Origin: an uncultured virus (IMG/VR IMGVR_UViG_3300015608_001800)
Taxonomy: Duplodnaviria > Heunggongvirae > Uroviricota > Caudoviricetes
Reading direction: 5' to 3' (one strand)
DNA: 20,000 nt
Virus record (IMG/VR): IMGVR_UViG_3300015608_001800
Shown here piece by piece: positions 18,681 to 20,000 of this stretch. Within the stretch, counting starts at the first letter, position 1; every line of letters begins with the position of its first letter. Both the position numbers and the translations under genes were made by a program. The notes under the pieces were generated by a model. That model was given only the letters and a program-made list of their open reading frames with translations. It did not search any database and was not told where the DNA came from.

Positions 18681-18711
18681 CAAAGATAAATAAATTTTTT
18701 TAATTAACAAA
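18681..18711 (-). promoter_or_regulatory. Bacteroidota primary-sigma promoter (-33 TTTG, -7 TAnnTTTG)
   Basis: TTTG (18711-18708), 19-nt spacer, TATCTTTG (18688-18681), 26 nt upstream of ATG 18654. Confidence 0.75.
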
Positions 18712-19591
18712 TTATTTTTTGAAATTCTTCCATATTACCATCTATTAAACATATAAATTCGTAACCTTCCCTCTCCACAGATAATTTTTTATTTTCCAAG
18801 ACTACATCACCTCCCTGTATTTTTTTAATCCAAGTGGATTTCAATTCAACAACATATCTATCATCAAATATAAAATCTGGTAAATAGTAATAACCAAATT
18901 CTTCATCTATTAATTTTATTCTTTTACCGTTTTTAATTTTATTTAAAATACCTACATTTTCGCAATATTCTAAAAAATTAAATTCAAGTTTTGATTGATA
19001 GTATAAATTTGTGTTTTTATATTTTTTTGTTATTTTTTTAAAATAATAGTTATCACCTTTTTCTAAAATTGTGTTATGATATTTTTCTAATATTTCTTTT
19101 TTATTTAAAAGCCAGTTATCTCCTATAGATTTAGATAATTTTTCTTTAACAGATTCTAATTTTGAAATGTTATCAACATCATATTTTTCTTTTACATTAT
19201 TTTTAATGATTTCTTGGGTTTTAGATAAAGAAAAGCCGGCATTCTTGCCTGAACATTTTAATGAACAATATTTTTGTGGTTTACCTCTAAAAAATTTTAC
19301 TCTATTTTCACAACCACTATTTTGACATATTGGATTTCCGTTTATCTCAAGATATTTCTTTTCCTGTTCTTTAAAAGAATCATGACCTTTAGCGTATTTT
19401 CTAAATTTACCTCTAAAAAAAACAGGTCTTTCGTTACATAACCCACAAATACATTTTGGTTCTATATTATCATATTCAGTTATAATAATATAATCCTCCA
19501 TGGATAAATTATGTTCTTTTTTTAGGTGGATTGTTAATTGGCCACCTAAATTATTAATAAACTCATTGTTACATATTTCACATTTTATCAT
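18704..19591 (-). CDS. Free-standing putative homing endonuclease: Zn-binding modules + PD-(D/E)XK (TnsA-N-like) nuclease (295 aa)
   Basis: CEIC...HLKKEH C2H2 finger, CICGLC, CQNSGC...KYCSLKC, KEKYDVDNISKLESVKEK segment, YQSKLE...YYLPDF...VVELKS nuclease core; adjacent to RNR. Confidence 0.8.
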   Translation of the reverse strand: MIKCEICNNEFINNLGGQLTIHLKKEHNLSMEDYIIITEYDNIEPKCICGLCNERPVFFRGKFRKYAKGHDSFKEQEKKYLEINGNPICQNSGCENRVKFFRGKPQKYCSLKCSGKNAGFSLSKTQEIIKNNVKEKYDVDNISKLESVKEKLSKSIGDNWLLNKKEILEKYHNTILEKGDNYYFKKITKKYKNTNLYYQSKLEFNFLEYCENVGILNKIKNGKRIKLIDEEFGYYYLPDFIFDDRYVVELKSTWIKKIQGGDVVLENKKLSVEREGYEFICLIDGNMEEFQKIIC

Positions 19592-19626
19592 AAAAAAACC
19601 TCCCTATAAATAAATATGGGGAGGTT
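19592..19626 (-). terminator. Terminator-like hairpin after RNR, abutting the endonuclease start codon
   Basis: Minus strand AACCTCCC-CATATTTATTTATA-GGGAGGTT-TTTTT-ATG: 8-bp stem, T7 tract directly before ATG 19591. Confidence 0.75.
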
Positions 19627-19652
19627 GTACTAAAAGTTAAGAATGATATAAA

Positions 19653-20000
19653 TTACTGACAGCGAGAATAACCACAGTCTTTACACTTGTAACATCCTTC
19701 TTGCATTGTCATCCCATCAGGAGAACCACAAGACTCACAAGTTATAGCTGAAAAATTCTCATCCTTCAAATATTTCTTTAAAGTTCTTGCGATAGCTTTA
19801 GAGAATGATACGATAGTTCCCTCTGATTTCATTAATTGTTCATAAATGAAATTGATATCAGCTCCATGACGTAAAGATGTTGAAATCATACGTGTTAAAG
19901 CCTCTTGTTCATCAGATTCAAAAAGTTCTTTTAAGTCCTCAAGTGTGAAACCATCAAGTTCAAGGTCATATTTACCCTTTCTAACTTTAGTTAATTTACC
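19653..20000 (-). CDS. nrdJ: Class II adenosylcobalamin-dependent ribonucleotide reductase, C-terminal part (5'-truncated)
   Basis: Frame open to window edge: GKLTKVRKGKYDL...EALTRMISTSLRHGADINFIYEQL..SFSKAIARTLKKY..CESCG..QEGCYKCKDCGYSRC, the C-terminal domain and Zn ribbon/Cys tail of NrdJ. Confidence 0.85.
   Translation of the reverse strand, partial: GKLTKVRKGKYDLELDGFTLEDLKELFESDEQEALTRMISTSLRHGADINFIYEQLMKSEGTIVSFSKAIARTLKKYLKDENFSAITCESCGSPDGMTMQEGCYKCKDCGYSRCQ

Noticed and set aside
9000..19591. Group I introns or inteins hosting the endonucleases
   Set aside because: Each endonuclease lies between complete genes with very short spacers; no interrupted host gene, intron core or intein terminal motif seen.

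Overview
AT-rich window from a large myovirus-type phage genome; every supportable gene is on the minus strand. Reading right to left: the 3' end of a class II (B12-dependent) ribonucleotide reductase, a free-standing Zn-finger/PD-(D/E)XK endonuclease, a signal-peptide protein with its own Bacteroidota-type promoter and terminator, then a translationally coupled baseplate cluster. The cluster holds gp25-like and gp6/J-like wedge genes, several uncharacterised structural genes, an SprB-repeat protein, two large Cys-rich proteins and a 485-codon ORF running off the left edge that the ORF track missed. It is interrupted by an intact HTH-HNH endonuclease cassette flanked by a 10-bp direct repeat, and by a small tail-tube-like ORF plus a broken HTH-PD-(D/E)XK endonuclease. 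A Bacteroidota host is inferred from the promoter, signal peptide, SprB and GCxDP repeats. Best leads: a terminator hairpin with a putative late promoter in its loop, the precisely bounded 800-bp endonuclease cassette, an enriched [ST]-G-x-T motif in structural proteins, and apparently split baseplate proteins carrying Cys-rich or adhesin modules. All family calls are by-eye motif recognition, not database searches.
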